In this document: in pieces, positions 10,501 through 20,208 of the stretch
How the letters are laid out: each line of letters begins with the position of its first letter
Position numbering within the stretch: the stretch's first letter is position 1
Assembly (NCBI RefSeq): GCF_040240425.1
Contig: NZ_QPHG01000017.1
Coordinates: forward strand, 6,806-70,805
Source: Nitrosomonas sp.
GTDB taxonomy: Bacteria; Pseudomonadota; Gammaproteobacteria; Burkholderiales; Nitrosomonadaceae
Length of the DNA: 64,000 nt
Reading direction: 5' to 3'
Program-made: the position numbers and the translations under genes
The notes under the pieces: model-generated
Told to the model about the DNA's origin: nothing
Database searches by the model: none
The model's input: the letters and a program-made list of their open reading frames with translations, nothing else

Positions 10501-10771
10501 GTGATAATCCACTTTTGTTCATCGAACGCATTTCGACCAATCCCGGCAAGCCGGTCATGGCAATTTCCACCGGCACAGTCACCAAGCGTTCCATTTCTTC
10601 GGGGCTGCGGCCAATTGCTACCGTGGCGACTTGCACTTGAATATTGGTCACATCCGGAAATGCATCCACAGTCAGTGTTTTAATCGCACCAACACCGGCA
10701 GCACACAATATCAACCCGATAATCAACACCAGCAAACGCTGGTTAAGCATTGCACGAACGATCGCGGTCAT
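7580..10771 (-). CDS. czcA: Heavy-metal efflux RND pump, CzcA/CusA family
   Basis: 1063 aa with 12-TM RND topology. The N-terminus DAFPDVTNIQVQV..FARQLVMERI resembles CzcA more than CusA. It is the third gene of an OMF-MFP-RND operon. Confidence 0.85.
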   Translation of the reverse strand: MTAIVRAMLNQRLLVLIIGLILCAAGVGAIKTLTVDAFPDVTNIQVQVATVAIGRSPEEMERLVTVPVEIAMTGLPGLVEMRSMNKSGLSLITLVFTDQTDVFFARQLVMERIIDVTPRLIPGITPVLGAVSTGLGEVYQYTIEHPDDGKRTLTEEELMERRTVQDWVVRPMLRSIRGVAEINSIGGHVKEYQVYVDPNKLRHYDLTLTDVDRALASNNANASGNILALQYEQYLIRGVGLISSLEDIRNIVLREMDGVPVYVRDVAHVAFGGEVRQGASITNGDTESVAGIVMMLRGGNAKEIVGRIKERVKEINEGGILPDGLQIVPFYDRTDLVDAALGTVQSTLIESLILVIVVLSLFLGTVRTSFVVCFTLIITPLITFLVMNHYGMPANLMSLGGLTIALGMMVDPTVVVVENIYQRLGEAKDTGKSKFNVIVDATAEVGTPVIFGLIVTVLVFLPLMTLEGMEGKTFSPLAVTISISLFIALLVSLLLSPVLCDYLLKGGSEQDTKIIAVMKNAYLYTYDLANRNQKKTMIIAISALMAAFALFPLLGKSFIPIMKEGSITPVIIRAPSISLDEAIKIETEAMKAIAAVPGVKSVVSKLGRGDTPADPASQNESDPIANLDLIGSGRTQAEIEEDIRKALTVLPGVNIVISQPIAQRVDEMVTGVRSQVAVKIFGDDLEELRKLSEQVARIVKSTRGARDIRIERLSGQQELTINIDRRAIARHGLNVSDVNEMIATAVGGKAVTQVFEGERRFTLLLRFPEEFRHDVEAIKELLLRPAIDGARAGMGAGGMLVPLSAVAEIKVIDGPAIISREFAKRRVVVGANVHERDLGGFVAELQQRTAKEIKLPPGYYFAWGGQFENMERAMAKLAVIVPITLAAIFFLLFMLFNSIKMAVLIYLALPFASVGGIVGLFVTGQYLSVPASVGFIAVWGTSILNGVVLISFLRELREKGFSVQEAARRACAQRFRPVMMTAATTVLGLAPFLTATGLGSEVQKPLAIVVIFGLMTATMMTMVVMPMIYRWFDDIPDKKNEPEQNQPESLPSADTLQSPVKEA

Positions 10772-10777
10772 AACCGG

Positions 10778-11944
10778 CTACTCCAGTTCAGCAAGCTTGC
10801 GCTCACTGTCTAAATGAAATGCACCGGCAGTCACAATTCGTTGATCGATCGTAAGTCCTTTTAGCACGGGGCGTAAAGTTGCCACTTCTTTATCCAATTC
10901 AACCGGCACGCGCTGAAAATGATTATCGCTGATTACGGTAAAGACATAGTCCTGATTCAACTCTCGAACCACGGCCGATTCAGGGACAACCAGTACTTTG
11001 TGCTGCGGATCCGTGATGTGCATATTCGCCAGCATATCCGGTTTCAGCTTCCGTTCAGGATTTTCCACCATGACACGCGTCATCACCGTTCGTGTTAAGC
11101 GATTGACGGTATCCGAAACAAAAATGATCACGCCATCCAGAAGATGCGGTCCCAATGCAGGAACATTGATCTCAACATGTTGCTCCAATTCGACATCACG
11201 CGCGATTTGTTCAGGCACATCGCCAACCACCCAGACGTGAGATAGATCTGCAATCTGAAATAGCGGATCAGCGGGTTGTACTATTTGACCTACAAGTACG
11301 TTACGCGCAATTATGTAGCCTTCTCGCGTTGACTTGATATCCAACCACGGCAGAATTTTTCCTTTTCGCTTGAGTTCTTTAAATTCCACCTCGCCCACAC
11401 CAAATAACCTGAGTTGATCAGCAGCTGCGCCCAGTTCGGCTTGCGCAATTTCCAACTCGGATTGCCGCCGTTCCACTTCAGCCAGTGGTATGGCATCGGC
11501 AGTCAGTAAATGGTGCGCACGCTCAAGCGCTTTGGTAGTGACCACTACACGCGATAAAGCGCGCAAATAAGCCAGTTGAGAATTGGTTAAATCAGGACTG
11601 GTAATGCGAGCCAGTTTCTGCCCTGGTTTGACGTAATCCCCCAGGATGACAAACAATTCAACGACACGCCCTGTCACGTAGGAACCAACTTGCGCCGTTC
11701 TTTCCTCATCGACTTGAACCCGGCTCGGCACTTGGATCTTGTCCGCCAGATCGACCAGGAATGGCTGTCCGATTTGCAATCGGCTCAATACTTCCGGACG
11801 GGCGGTAATACTGTTGAAGTCTCGTTCTTCAGCCGGTTCTTGCTGAGCTTTGTCAGCGGAGTCAGTAGATTCGCTTTTATCACACCCTGTCAGCAATAAA
11901 GTTACAGCAACGGTAAAACCGGTAAAAATTATTTTGAAATTCAT
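10778..11944 (-). CDS. czcB: RND efflux periplasmic adaptor (membrane fusion protein)
   Basis: Lipobox LLTGC. HlyD/CzcB-like coiled-coil and beta-barrel pattern. Its start overlaps the upstream stop by 4 nt, and the gene ends 6 nt before the RND pump gene. Confidence 0.85.
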   Translation of the reverse strand: MNFKIIFTGFTVAVTLLLTGCDKSESTDSADKAQQEPAEERDFNSITARPEVLSRLQIGQPFLVDLADKIQVPSRVQVDEERTAQVGSYVTGRVVELFVILGDYVKPGQKLARITSPDLTNSQLAYLRALSRVVVTTKALERAHHLLTADAIPLAEVERRQSELEIAQAELGAAADQLRLFGVGEVEFKELKRKGKILPWLDIKSTREGYIIARNVLVGQIVQPADPLFQIADLSHVWVVGDVPEQIARDVELEQHVEINVPALGPHLLDGVIIFVSDTVNRLTRTVMTRVMVENPERKLKPDMLANMHITDPQHKVLVVPESAVVRELNQDYVFTVISDNHFQRVPVELDKEVATLRPVLKGLTIDQRIVTAGAFHLDSERKLAELE

Positions 11945-13209
11945 TCTGAGACTAACTCCTTGGGATAATGAGCGCGTATACGGTCAATTTCAGCAGCAGC
12001 GGTTTGTAGCTCAAAACGTGCCTGCATGGAATCGCTCAAGATTCCCCGGAGAATACGTTGCGAATCCAAAAACTCGATTAACCCGCGTTCACCGAACCGA
12101 TAGGCGGTTTGCGCGACTTGCACCACATTTTCCGCTTCCTTGATCAAACCACCTTCAAATAAATCCACGCGCCGTTGTGCAATCTGCAAGGCTTGCCAGG
12201 CAGCTTCAAATAGCTGGCTGATCTCATAGCGGCGAAACTCAAGTGTTTCGCGTATGCGCGCGGAGTCATAAATAGCAGTATCGATTTCACCACGACGGCG
12301 ATACCAGATCGGAATTCTGACGCTTGCACCAGCAATATTGGATGTGAATTGCGCGTCTTGATAATTGGTGTACAACACACTGATCTGCGGTAGTACTGAA
12401 GCTTTTTCCTGGGAGATTCGATGACTGGCGCGTTCCTGTTCCGCTTGCAGCCGCACTACTTCGGGATTAACCTTGGGTACTTGCTCGCGCAGCTCTGCTA
12501 ATGGCGGCAGCAGGATCGGATCTTTCAACGAGCCGCTAATCTCAAAATCAATTGGAATGGCACCGGCTGTCAATTGCAGCAGCATCACCCGGGCGCGCTG
12601 TGCAGTCAGGTGTGCTGCTTGTGCCCGATTTGCCGCGCTTTGCAATTCAGTCTCAGCACGAATCAATTCAAACCGCGCGATCTCACCTCTTTCAACATTG
12701 GCGGCAATTCGATTCCGTAAATTTTCCAATAAGTCGTAAATACCCTGCTCGATCGTTGCTTGTTCCAGACGCAACATCAGCTCATAGGCTCTCACACGCA
12801 GCTGCGCCGCCAAATCGGCACGCACTTGATCTAAGCTTGCACGGCTTGCATCCACCCCAGCTTCCGATGCATCTATGCGAGCACTCCGCATGTAAGGATT
12901 CTCGATCGGCTGATTGACCGTTAATGAACGTTGCATGGAAGTAGGCCCAGTAACAGCAAGCGAATAGCGATTACTATCTGGTCCAGCGGTTACAGTCACT
13001 TCCGGATTCAGGAATGCGGATGCGGCAACCACACCAGCTTTGGCTATATTGACCTGCGAACGCGCAGCCTGAACGAGACCATTGGCTTCCAGTCCTATTC
13101 GTTGTATCTCTTCGATTGTAAGCTTGGCTTTCGATTGTCCTAATGCAGGCAGCGGTGAAATGGCTAAGAATATACTTAACACTAAATAAAAAGACGGGGA
13201 AATCTGCAT
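11941..13209 (-). CDS. czcC: TolC-family outer-membrane efflux protein
   Basis: Signal peptide. Two OEP-type repeats with long helical segments. First gene of the CBA operon. Confidence 0.8.
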   Translation of the reverse strand: MQISPSFYLVLSIFLAISPLPALGQSKAKLTIEEIQRIGLEANGLVQAARSQVNIAKAGVVAASAFLNPEVTVTAGPDSNRYSLAVTGPTSMQRSLTVNQPIENPYMRSARIDASEAGVDASRASLDQVRADLAAQLRVRAYELMLRLEQATIEQGIYDLLENLRNRIAANVERGEIARFELIRAETELQSAANRAQAAHLTAQRARVMLLQLTAGAIPIDFEISGSLKDPILLPPLAELREQVPKVNPEVVRLQAEQERASHRISQEKASVLPQISVLYTNYQDAQFTSNIAGASVRIPIWYRRRGEIDTAIYDSARIRETLEFRRYEISQLFEAAWQALQIAQRRVDLFEGGLIKEAENVVQVAQTAYRFGERGLIEFLDSQRILRGILSDSMQARFELQTAAAEIDRIRAHYPKELVSE

Positions 13210-13438
13210 AAGTTCCTTTCAATTATTACGACAACATTATCTTTTTCACATATTCTTCACATAATTTTCACATAAAATTAACTACTAATCATCATATATG
13301 AAATTTAAAATTCAGTACTCTGAATAACAGGAACAATTATTCTCTTCTTGTTACTTTTATAACCATCTATGAGTTAAGGACAATTGATTGTCAGTTACCA
13401 GGCATTTAAGCAAAAGAATCCTGAATAATTGCTGAACA

Positions 13439-15529
13439 ATGACATATATCCCAATGTATCCCAAACCATTTAGTCGTTATTTATCCCGAATAAAAATTTT
13501 ATTGCTGATTTCCAGCTTATTAGCCATTGCCTGGCTTGTAACCGGTTTATCTTGGCGGCTATACGAGCTTCGTGACAATGATTCCAATCGTGGCGCGCCC
13601 ATCAGCGGCGTCGATAAATTTGGCGGCCAGTTTTCCCGGATTGCCTATCTTGATCAAGGCTGGTCTGCCGCGGATAGTCTGTGGTTCTATACTGCAACGC
13701 AAGGCTCCAATTTGTTACCGTACAGTTTTTTCCTAGTATTGGAGCAATCCAGTTCGTCCGCTTTGTTCCGCGCAAATGAAAACATAGATCGCTACGGTTA
13801 TCTGCCGCAGCGCCAAACCAGCAGCAATCCTGATGGTTTACCTGCCGGGATGGTGCGGGATGAATATCAGGGCAAAGCGTACATGGGATTTACTTGCGCA
13901 GCCTGTCACACAACCCAGATCAATTACCAGGGCACCGGAATCCGCATTGACGGTGGCCCGGCATATTCCGATATGGAAACATTCATGATCGATCTGGCTG
14001 AAGCCTTGTATGCCACTCTGAAAAATCCGGAAAAACTGGAACGCTTTGTAGCGAATGTATTGCAACAGGGCCATTACAATAATGCGGACGATATTCAAGC
14101 TGATCTCAAGCAATATGCGCAACGCATCAAAACCTACACCATCGTCAACAACCCTCGGGACATCCAGCGCCCATTGACACGTTACGGCTATGCCCGGCTG
14201 GATGCATTCGGACGCATCTACAACCGTGTGCTTGAGCACCTCATGAGTGCGCAGCAAATGCGTGAATTGCTTGCCGGATTACTTTCCCCGGCAGAGCTGG
14301 CACAAGTAATGACAGACATGGAGCCTGTTCTCAACAGCGGCGATCGCGACCATATTGTCGAACGGACCCAAATGTACTTGACCAGGAAACAAAGCATTCA
14401 ATTGCGCAATAAAATCTATAATCCGGCCGATGCGCCGGTCAGTTATCCGTTTCTATGGGATGTGCCGCAACACGATTATATTCAATGGAATGGCCGGGTC
14501 GATAACAGCGGATTGGGACCGATGGCGCGCAATGCCGGTCAATTGATCGGTGTATTCGGCACGCTCGATTGGCAGGAAAAAGATGGCTTTACCTTATCTT
14601 CAATATTAGGCGGGCAGGGATTCGGCTCCAAACATATCGATTTTCAATCTTCCATTGATATCCGGAATTTGCGCCGGGTGGAGAATCATTTGCGCAAATT
14701 AAAGTCACCACAGTGGCCGGAACACATCCTGCCTAAAATCGATACCTTACGAATGACGCGAGGCGCCGAATTATTTTCACGCTATTGTTCCATTTGTCAC
14801 AGTGAAATTGACCGTGCCGATCTCGATCGCCGGGTCGTCGCTAAAATGATCGATGTGTCTTTGGTTGAAACCGATTCAAAAATGGCGGCAAACGCCATTG
14901 AGTTTACCGGCTATAGCGGTATCTTGCGGAATCAATACGTCAGTGTCGGCACGGGAAATATATTGCTGCAACAACAGGCGCCCGTGGTTGCGCTGCTCAC
15001 CGCCGCAACCCGCAATGTGGTGACAACACCCGATAGCGATAAATGGTTTGCGCGCCGATGGATTGAGCGATCATTTGATTTTGCCTACACCTTTTTTGAT
15101 AACGAAGTACAGCCTTCTCTGAAAAACGGCTACTACACACCCGACACTACCGTGCAGCCTTTCGCCTCAGCCATGGCGTATAAAGCTCGCCCGCTAAATG
15201 GCATCTGGGCAACTGCCCCTTACTTGCACAACGGCTCGGTACCGACACTGTACGATCTGCTGCTGCCGAAAAGAAGGCTGGATGACCCAGCGGAAGGAGA
15301 ATACCGCCCGGATGAGTTCATGGTCGGATCGCGCGAATTTGACCCGGACAAGGTGGGATTCAAATCAGCGGGTTATGACGGTTTTTTGTTCCGTACCAGC
15401 ATTTGGGGTAATCACAACAGCGGTCATGAATATGCTTCCGGCCGCACACCGCTACCGGATGGAACACTACTGCCTGCGTTAACCAAGGAACAACGGCTGG
15501 ATCTGCTGGAATATCTTAAGTCTTTGTAG
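13439..15529 (+). CDS. Large di-haem c-type cytochrome of the CCP/MauG superfamily (RoxA-like architecture)
   Basis: N-terminal membrane anchor or signal. Two CxxCH motifs (FTCAACHTT, YCSICHSE). C-terminal APYLHNGSVPTLYDLL as in the CCP family. The LLPYSFFLVLEQ segment resembles RoxA-like proteins, from memory. Confidence 0.6.
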   Translation: MTYIPMYPKPFSRYLSRIKILLLISSLLAIAWLVTGLSWRLYELRDNDSNRGAPISGVDKFGGQFSRIAYLDQGWSAADSLWFYTATQGSNLLPYSFFLVLEQSSSSALFRANENIDRYGYLPQRQTSSNPDGLPAGMVRDEYQGKAYMGFTCAACHTTQINYQGTGIRIDGGPAYSDMETFMIDLAEALYATLKNPEKLERFVANVLQQGHYNNADDIQADLKQYAQRIKTYTIVNNPRDIQRPLTRYGYARLDAFGRIYNRVLEHLMSAQQMRELLAGLLSPAELAQVMTDMEPVLNSGDRDHIVERTQMYLTRKQSIQLRNKIYNPADAPVSYPFLWDVPQHDYIQWNGRVDNSGLGPMARNAGQLIGVFGTLDWQEKDGFTLSSILGGQGFGSKHIDFQSSIDIRNLRRVENHLRKLKSPQWPEHILPKIDTLRMTRGAELFSRYCSICHSEIDRADLDRRVVAKMIDVSLVETDSKMAANAIEFTGYSGILRNQYVSVGTGNILLQQQAPVVALLTAATRNVVTTPDSDKWFARRWIERSFDFAYTFFDNEVQPSLKNGYYTPDTTVQPFASAMAYKARPLNGIWATAPYLHNGSVPTLYDLLLPKRRLDDPAEGEYRPDEFMVGSREFDPDKVGFKSAGYDGFLFRTSIWGNHNSGHEYASGRTPLPDGTLLPALTKEQRLDLLEYLKSL

Positions 15530-15597
15530 GAAAGTAGAAAGCAATCTCAGCTGCGTAGAATCCGAAATTAATCGGAGTCGGTTTTCCTTCGATACCA

Positions 15598-15960
15598 TCA
15601 CATTGCAAATGTCAGTTTCCGCGCAGGCACAACAATCTCTTGCACCACAACGGATTCCTGTGGATGGATTACTTCCTCCTCCGGTTCTATTCTCAAACGA
15701 TTGCCGGATGCGAATGCCATAATAAATTGGTAGGCGGCCGGATCGACATCTTGCAGTATCTTTTCCACTCTCACGCCTATCTTGCCTTGGCAAATGACCG
15801 GCTGGGCATAATTCGAATACACCCACCGTCCTCGATTATCGTAGCTAGCCAACGCGCCGCAAAGCCGCTCCGCCCAGTCACTGGGGCGAAATGGCCGCCC
15901 CTCGGAGGTAATACCTAAAATGAGGAAAGACTCAGATCCGGCTTGCATACACAAAACCAT
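15598..15960 (-). CDS. DUF3579-family protein
   Basis: The ILGITSEGRPFRPSDWAERL motif is characteristic of DUF3579, a family mostly found in betaproteobacteria. About 120 aa. Confidence 0.65.
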   Translation of the reverse strand: MVLCMQAGSESFLILGITSEGRPFRPSDWAERLCGALASYDNRGRWVYSNYAQPVICQGKIGVRVEKILQDVDPAAYQFIMAFASGNRLRIEPEEEVIHPQESVVVQEIVVPARKLTFAM

Positions 15961-16340
15961 GTCGAGAAGAAAAATTAAGCAGATTTAAAAATGGAATAAA
16001 TCGATGCCATAATGGTCTCTTGCGCTGGCGCGCCAGCATGGTGTGAGAAAATCTTTTGCAAGCACGGCCTAAATTCATCATGAGCGCTTTCTTTCCTTTT
16101 TAATCCAGATGCTTATATCGGCACCACTGGAGAAAAATAGAGAGCACCGATAGCAGATGCTTAAAAATTGCGATGGAATTAACCGGAGAAATTAGAATCT
16201 GATGACTTCACAACCGGAATAGCACACAATTCGATCTAGGTTTGATCTATCTCATTTATCGAGTTGAATCCCATGAACATGATGACAGCGCATACAAACG
16301 CAGCGTTTACACGAGCTGTATTATTCCATCAGGAATCGAA

Positions 16341-17432
16341 GTGTTAGCACGCATTCCACGCACCTTATTACTTACCGCGATCACGAGTCTGATCATCTGG
16401 CTCAGCGCTTGCACCAATCTTCCTTATTACGCCCAGGCTGTCGACGGACATTTCGGCGTCATACACCGTTCGCAACCGATCAGCAAAGTAATTGCAAACC
16501 CGGATATTGATCCAAAGTTGAAACATTCACTCACCAAGGTGGTACAGCTGCGTGAGTTCGCCAGCCGCGAATTAAAGTTGCCGGATAATCTGAGCTATAC
16601 CAGTTATGCCGATTTAGAGCGTCCCTTTGTGGTATGGAATGTTTTTGCAGCCCCTGAACTCTCCGTCAAGCTGAAAGAATGGTGCTTTGTGCAGGTCGGT
16701 TGCGTCAACTATCGCGGTTTTTTCTCACAAGAAAGCGCCGAGCGCTATGCGGAAGAACTCCGCAAGGAAGGCTATGACGTGCATGTTGGGGGAATCCGTG
16801 CTTATTCCACGCTAGGTTGGTTCAGCGATCCGGTCTTGAATACTTTTATCGGCTACTCGGAAATGGATCTGGCGCGTTTGATCTTTCACGAACTGGCTCA
16901 CCAGGTCATGTATGTATCCGGTGACACTGTTTTTAATGAATCCTTTGCCACCGCGGTGGAACATGAAGGTGTAAAACGCTGGTTTGAACGCAGCGGCACT
17001 GCAACGGAACAAATTGCTTTAGCCGCACGGCAGGAAAGAGAAACAATCTTTACCGGTTTGGTACTGAAACATCGCAAACGCTTGCAAGAACTTTTTCAGT
17101 CGAACTTGAGTGACACTGAAAAACGGACACGCAAGGCGCATATCTTCGACGAATTACGAACCGAGTTCTTGCACCTGAAAGCCGGAAAAAACGATCTCAG
17201 CAGTTACGACCGATGGTTTTCGCAGCCACTAAATAATGCCTTGCTGGCAACGGTTTCGATTTATACGCAATTACTCCCGGCATTCCAGGGAATTCTGAAA
17301 CAGCATGACCAGGATATGGAACGATTCTTTGATACGGTAACAAAACTAAGCAAGCTGCCGAAACATGAGCGGAATTTGATACTGCAAAAAGCTGCCGAAG
17401 GCAGTCAGTCATGGAAAACCGCCGAACAATAA
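16341..17432 (+). CDS. Putative zinc aminopeptidase lipoprotein (DUF2265/Aminopep family)
   Basis: HELAHQ zinc motif, NESFA, and the YSTLGWFSDPVLNTFI pattern. AGGAA at 16331-16335 precedes an in-frame GTG at 16341. This start gives a signal peptide with lipobox IWLSAC. The ORF track TTG at 16242 would add 33 non-signal residues. Confidence 0.7.
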   Translation: MLARIPRTLLLTAITSLIIWLSACTNLPYYAQAVDGHFGVIHRSQPISKVIANPDIDPKLKHSLTKVVQLREFASRELKLPDNLSYTSYADLERPFVVWNVFAAPELSVKLKEWCFVQVGCVNYRGFFSQESAERYAEELRKEGYDVHVGGIRAYSTLGWFSDPVLNTFIGYSEMDLARLIFHELAHQVMYVSGDTVFNESFATAVEHEGVKRWFERSGTATEQIALAARQERETIFTGLVLKHRKRLQELFQSNLSDTEKRTRKAHIFDELRTEFLHLKAGKNDLSSYDRWFSQPLNNALLATVSIYTQLLPAFQGILKQHDQDMERFFDTVTKLSKLPKHERNLILQKAAEGSQSWKTAEQ

Positions 17433-17472
17433 TCTTTACACTCCATTCCACCCTCCTTATTCACCGCACACT

Positions 17473-18825
17473 ATGCCACCCGCAGAACAAAAAACCGAAA
17501 CCCGGCCCGAACCCGTATCTTTCATGGAAGCATTCGTTTATTGGCTAAAATTGGGTTTTATCAGTTTTGGCGGACCGGCTGGACAGATCAGCATGATGCA
17601 CCAGGAATTGGTCGAGAGACGGCGCTGGATTTCCGAGCAACGTTTCTTGCACGCACTGAATTACACCATGGTGCTGCCCGGCCCGGAAGCCCAGCAACTA
17701 GCGACCTACATTGGCTGGCTAATGCACGGCACCTGGGGCGGTATTATGGCCGGTGCACTGTTCGTACTGCCATCACTTTTGATTCTGATCATTCTGACGT
17801 GGATCTACTTGGTTTATAGTGAAATGCCGGCTGTCGCAGGTATTTTGTATGGCATCAAACCTGCGGTCACGGCGATTGTGCTTTTCGCGGCTTACCGGAT
17901 AGGTTCGAGAGCGTTGAAAAACAATCTGCTGCGTGCCATTTCGGTCGCCGCGTTCATTGCCATCTTTGCATTCAACATTCCCTTTCCCTATATCGTCCTG
18001 ATAGCAGGCTTGATCGGATACATCGGATCGCACTATGCACCGGACAAATTCAGAGCAGGCGGACATCACGAAAAATCAAAAAATACCTACGGCCCGGCTT
18101 TGATTGATGATGACACCCCTATTCCGGAGCACGCCATCTTCCGGTGGAGCCAATTCATACTGCTTATCGTAATCGGACTTTTCATCTGGGGCGGGGTTCT
18201 GTCATTGCTGACCATGCAGTATGGCTGGGATGGCACGTTGACACAAATGGGCTGGTTTTTCACCAAAGCCGCGCTAATGACCTTCGGCGGTGCCTATGCG
18301 GTTTTACCCTATGTCTATCAAGGCGGTGTCGAACATTACGCCTGGTTGAATCCGGTACAAATGATCGACGGATTGGCCTTGGGTGAAACGACACCCGGCC
18401 CGTTGATCATGATCGTTGCATTTGTCGGTTTTGTCGGCGGATGGACTAGAGCGCTTTTCGGACCGGATTTTCTGATGTTAGCGGGAATTTGCGGCGCCGT
18501 TGTTGCGACGTTATTCACATTCTTACCGTCTTTTCTTTTTATTCTTTTGGGCGGCCCTGCGGTAGAAGCAACCCGTCACGACCTCAAATTTACCGCACCA
18601 TTGACTGGCATCACGGCTGCGGTTGTCGGGGTTATTGTCAACTTAGCAATATTCTTTGCTTACCATGTCCTGTGGCCGCAAGGATTTAATGCCGGATTTG
18701 AATGGTTCTCCGCTTTGGTCGGAGTCTGTGCATTTGTCGCTTTATTCAACTATAAAGCCGGAATTGTTACGGTCATCTGCGCCTGCGCCGCTGTAGGGTT
18801 AGGATATACTTTGCTGCTGCATTGA
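17473..18825 (+). CDS. chrA: Chromate efflux transporter
   Basis: Duplicated CHR domains. FGGPAGQISMMHQELVERRRWISEQRFLHALNYTMVLPGPEAQQLATYIGW is the classic ChrA N-terminal signature. A second copy of the motif (FGGAYAVLPYV..GETTPGP) lies in the C-terminal half. Confidence 0.9.
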   Translation: MPPAEQKTETRPEPVSFMEAFVYWLKLGFISFGGPAGQISMMHQELVERRRWISEQRFLHALNYTMVLPGPEAQQLATYIGWLMHGTWGGIMAGALFVLPSLLILIILTWIYLVYSEMPAVAGILYGIKPAVTAIVLFAAYRIGSRALKNNLLRAISVAAFIAIFAFNIPFPYIVLIAGLIGYIGSHYAPDKFRAGGHHEKSKNTYGPALIDDDTPIPEHAIFRWSQFILLIVIGLFIWGGVLSLLTMQYGWDGTLTQMGWFFTKAALMTFGGAYAVLPYVYQGGVEHYAWLNPVQMIDGLALGETTPGPLIMIVAFVGFVGGWTRALFGPDFLMLAGICGAVVATLFTFLPSFLFILLGGPAVEATRHDLKFTAPLTGITAAVVGVIVNLAIFFAYHVLWPQGFNAGFEWFSALVGVCAFVALFNYKAGIVTVICACAAVGLGYTLLLH

Positions 18826-18860
18826 ACCTGCACGCTTGAGTTAACCGCCAGCATGCTACT

Positions 18861-19973
18861 TTAACTGCTCATGGCAGTCGGCCGGGAAGCTATGGGTTGC
18901 TGGATTGAATTCTCGGTCAAATCTTTGTATTGCTCCCGTATTGCGATAATTTTATCGATATTCTCAATAAATAATTTCACTAATTGAGGATCAAAATGCG
19001 TTCCCGCTTTACTCTCGATATATTCGATTGCTTTCTGCATCGGCCACGCTTCTTTATATGGCCTTTGTGACGTGAGCGCATCAAATACATCACTGATCGC
19101 TGTGATACGGCCTTCAATAGGAATCGACGCTGCTCTCAGTTGTTTGGGATAACCGTTCCCATCCCAATGCTCATGATGCGACAGCGCAATACTCGCGGCT
19201 AGCTGCACCATCAGGGATTCGTGACTGGCCAGCAAATCGGCGCCCATTTGCGCATGATTGCGCATTCTCTCCCATTCCATATCGGTAAGCTTCCCTTGTT
19301 TCAGCAAAATATGGTCAGGGATACCGATCTTGCCTATGTCATGCAAAGGTGCCGCCTTTTCGATCAAGTAACAAATACGCGCGGGCAGACCCAATGCTTC
19401 CGAGAGGATGCGCGCATATTTACCCACGCGTATGACATGCTTTCCAGTATCGTTATCACGCATTTCGCTGACTCTGGCCATGATGTTGATTAATGTATCC
19501 GTGGCTTTATCCAGCTCTGAAGTGCGCTCTTTTACTTTTTTCTCCAGTTCTTTTGCAATATCTTGCTTTACTAAATAAGCAGCTCTTACCCGTAGCAAAT
19601 TCTTTACGCGCAGCATTACTTCCGCTTGGTCGAACGGTTTATTCACAAAATCCTGCGCACCCAACAGCAGTGCTTTATTCCGGGTCTCGTTGCCCTGTTT
19701 TCCAGTTAATACCAGAATGGGCACGAGTTGTTCGCTGACCGGCGACGCATTAATCTGCCGCATCACCTCGAATCCATCCATTTTTGGCATTTCAATGTCG
19801 AGCAACAGCAAATCGTAATTATTTTCCTGCATGGCAGGCAAAACCCGTGTGGGATCGGTCAAACTGGTATGATGATAGTACCCTTCAGATTCCAATAACT
19901 TACTCAATATCAAAATATTAGTAACAGAATCATCACAAATCAGAATCTTTAAATGCGCTGTATCGATGGCCAT
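18861..19973 (-). CDS. Response regulator with HD-GYP c-di-GMP phosphodiesterase domain (RpfG type)
   Basis: Receiver domain (ILICDD..LLLDIEMPKMDG). HD-GYP domain (PLHDIGKIGIPD..HHEHWDGNGYP). ATG 19973 is preferred over the upstream TTG at 20018. Confidence 0.85.
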   Translation of the reverse strand: MAIDTAHLKILICDDSVTNILILSKLLESEGYYHHTSLTDPTRVLPAMQENNYDLLLLDIEMPKMDGFEVMRQINASPVSEQLVPILVLTGKQGNETRNKALLLGAQDFVNKPFDQAEVMLRVKNLLRVRAAYLVKQDIAKELEKKVKERTSELDKATDTLINIMARVSEMRDNDTGKHVIRVGKYARILSEALGLPARICYLIEKAAPLHDIGKIGIPDHILLKQGKLTDMEWERMRNHAQMGADLLASHESLMVQLAASIALSHHEHWDGNGYPKQLRAASIPIEGRITAISDVFDALTSQRPYKEAWPMQKAIEYIESKAGTHFDPQLVKLFIENIDKIIAIREQYKDLTENSIQQPIASRPTAMSS

Positions 19974-20208
19974 AATGCTTTGTTTCTTTATAGTTGTAAT
20001 ACCGCTTGATAACGACAAAAATGACAGATTATTGAATGGTCATCGTCCGTTCATTCCGGGCATGACCGACGCACTCCTCAACCGATATTTCAGCTTATGC
20101 GCAGTAAAAAATTCGCTTGCCAAGCAATAAGCCAAAGTAACAATTCGCCAGCTGATATGATTCCGTACCCAACAAAATTCCGGATATTCTGATTACGAAG
20201 GAATCAAC

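Noticed and set aside
16024-16037. 14-nt palindrome GCTGGCGCGCCAGC, plus nearby CAGATGCTTA direct repeats, in the spacer upstream of the aminopeptidase gene
   Set aside because: It is short and isolated, with no flanking U-tract or partner motif. It cannot be distinguished from chance without comparative data.
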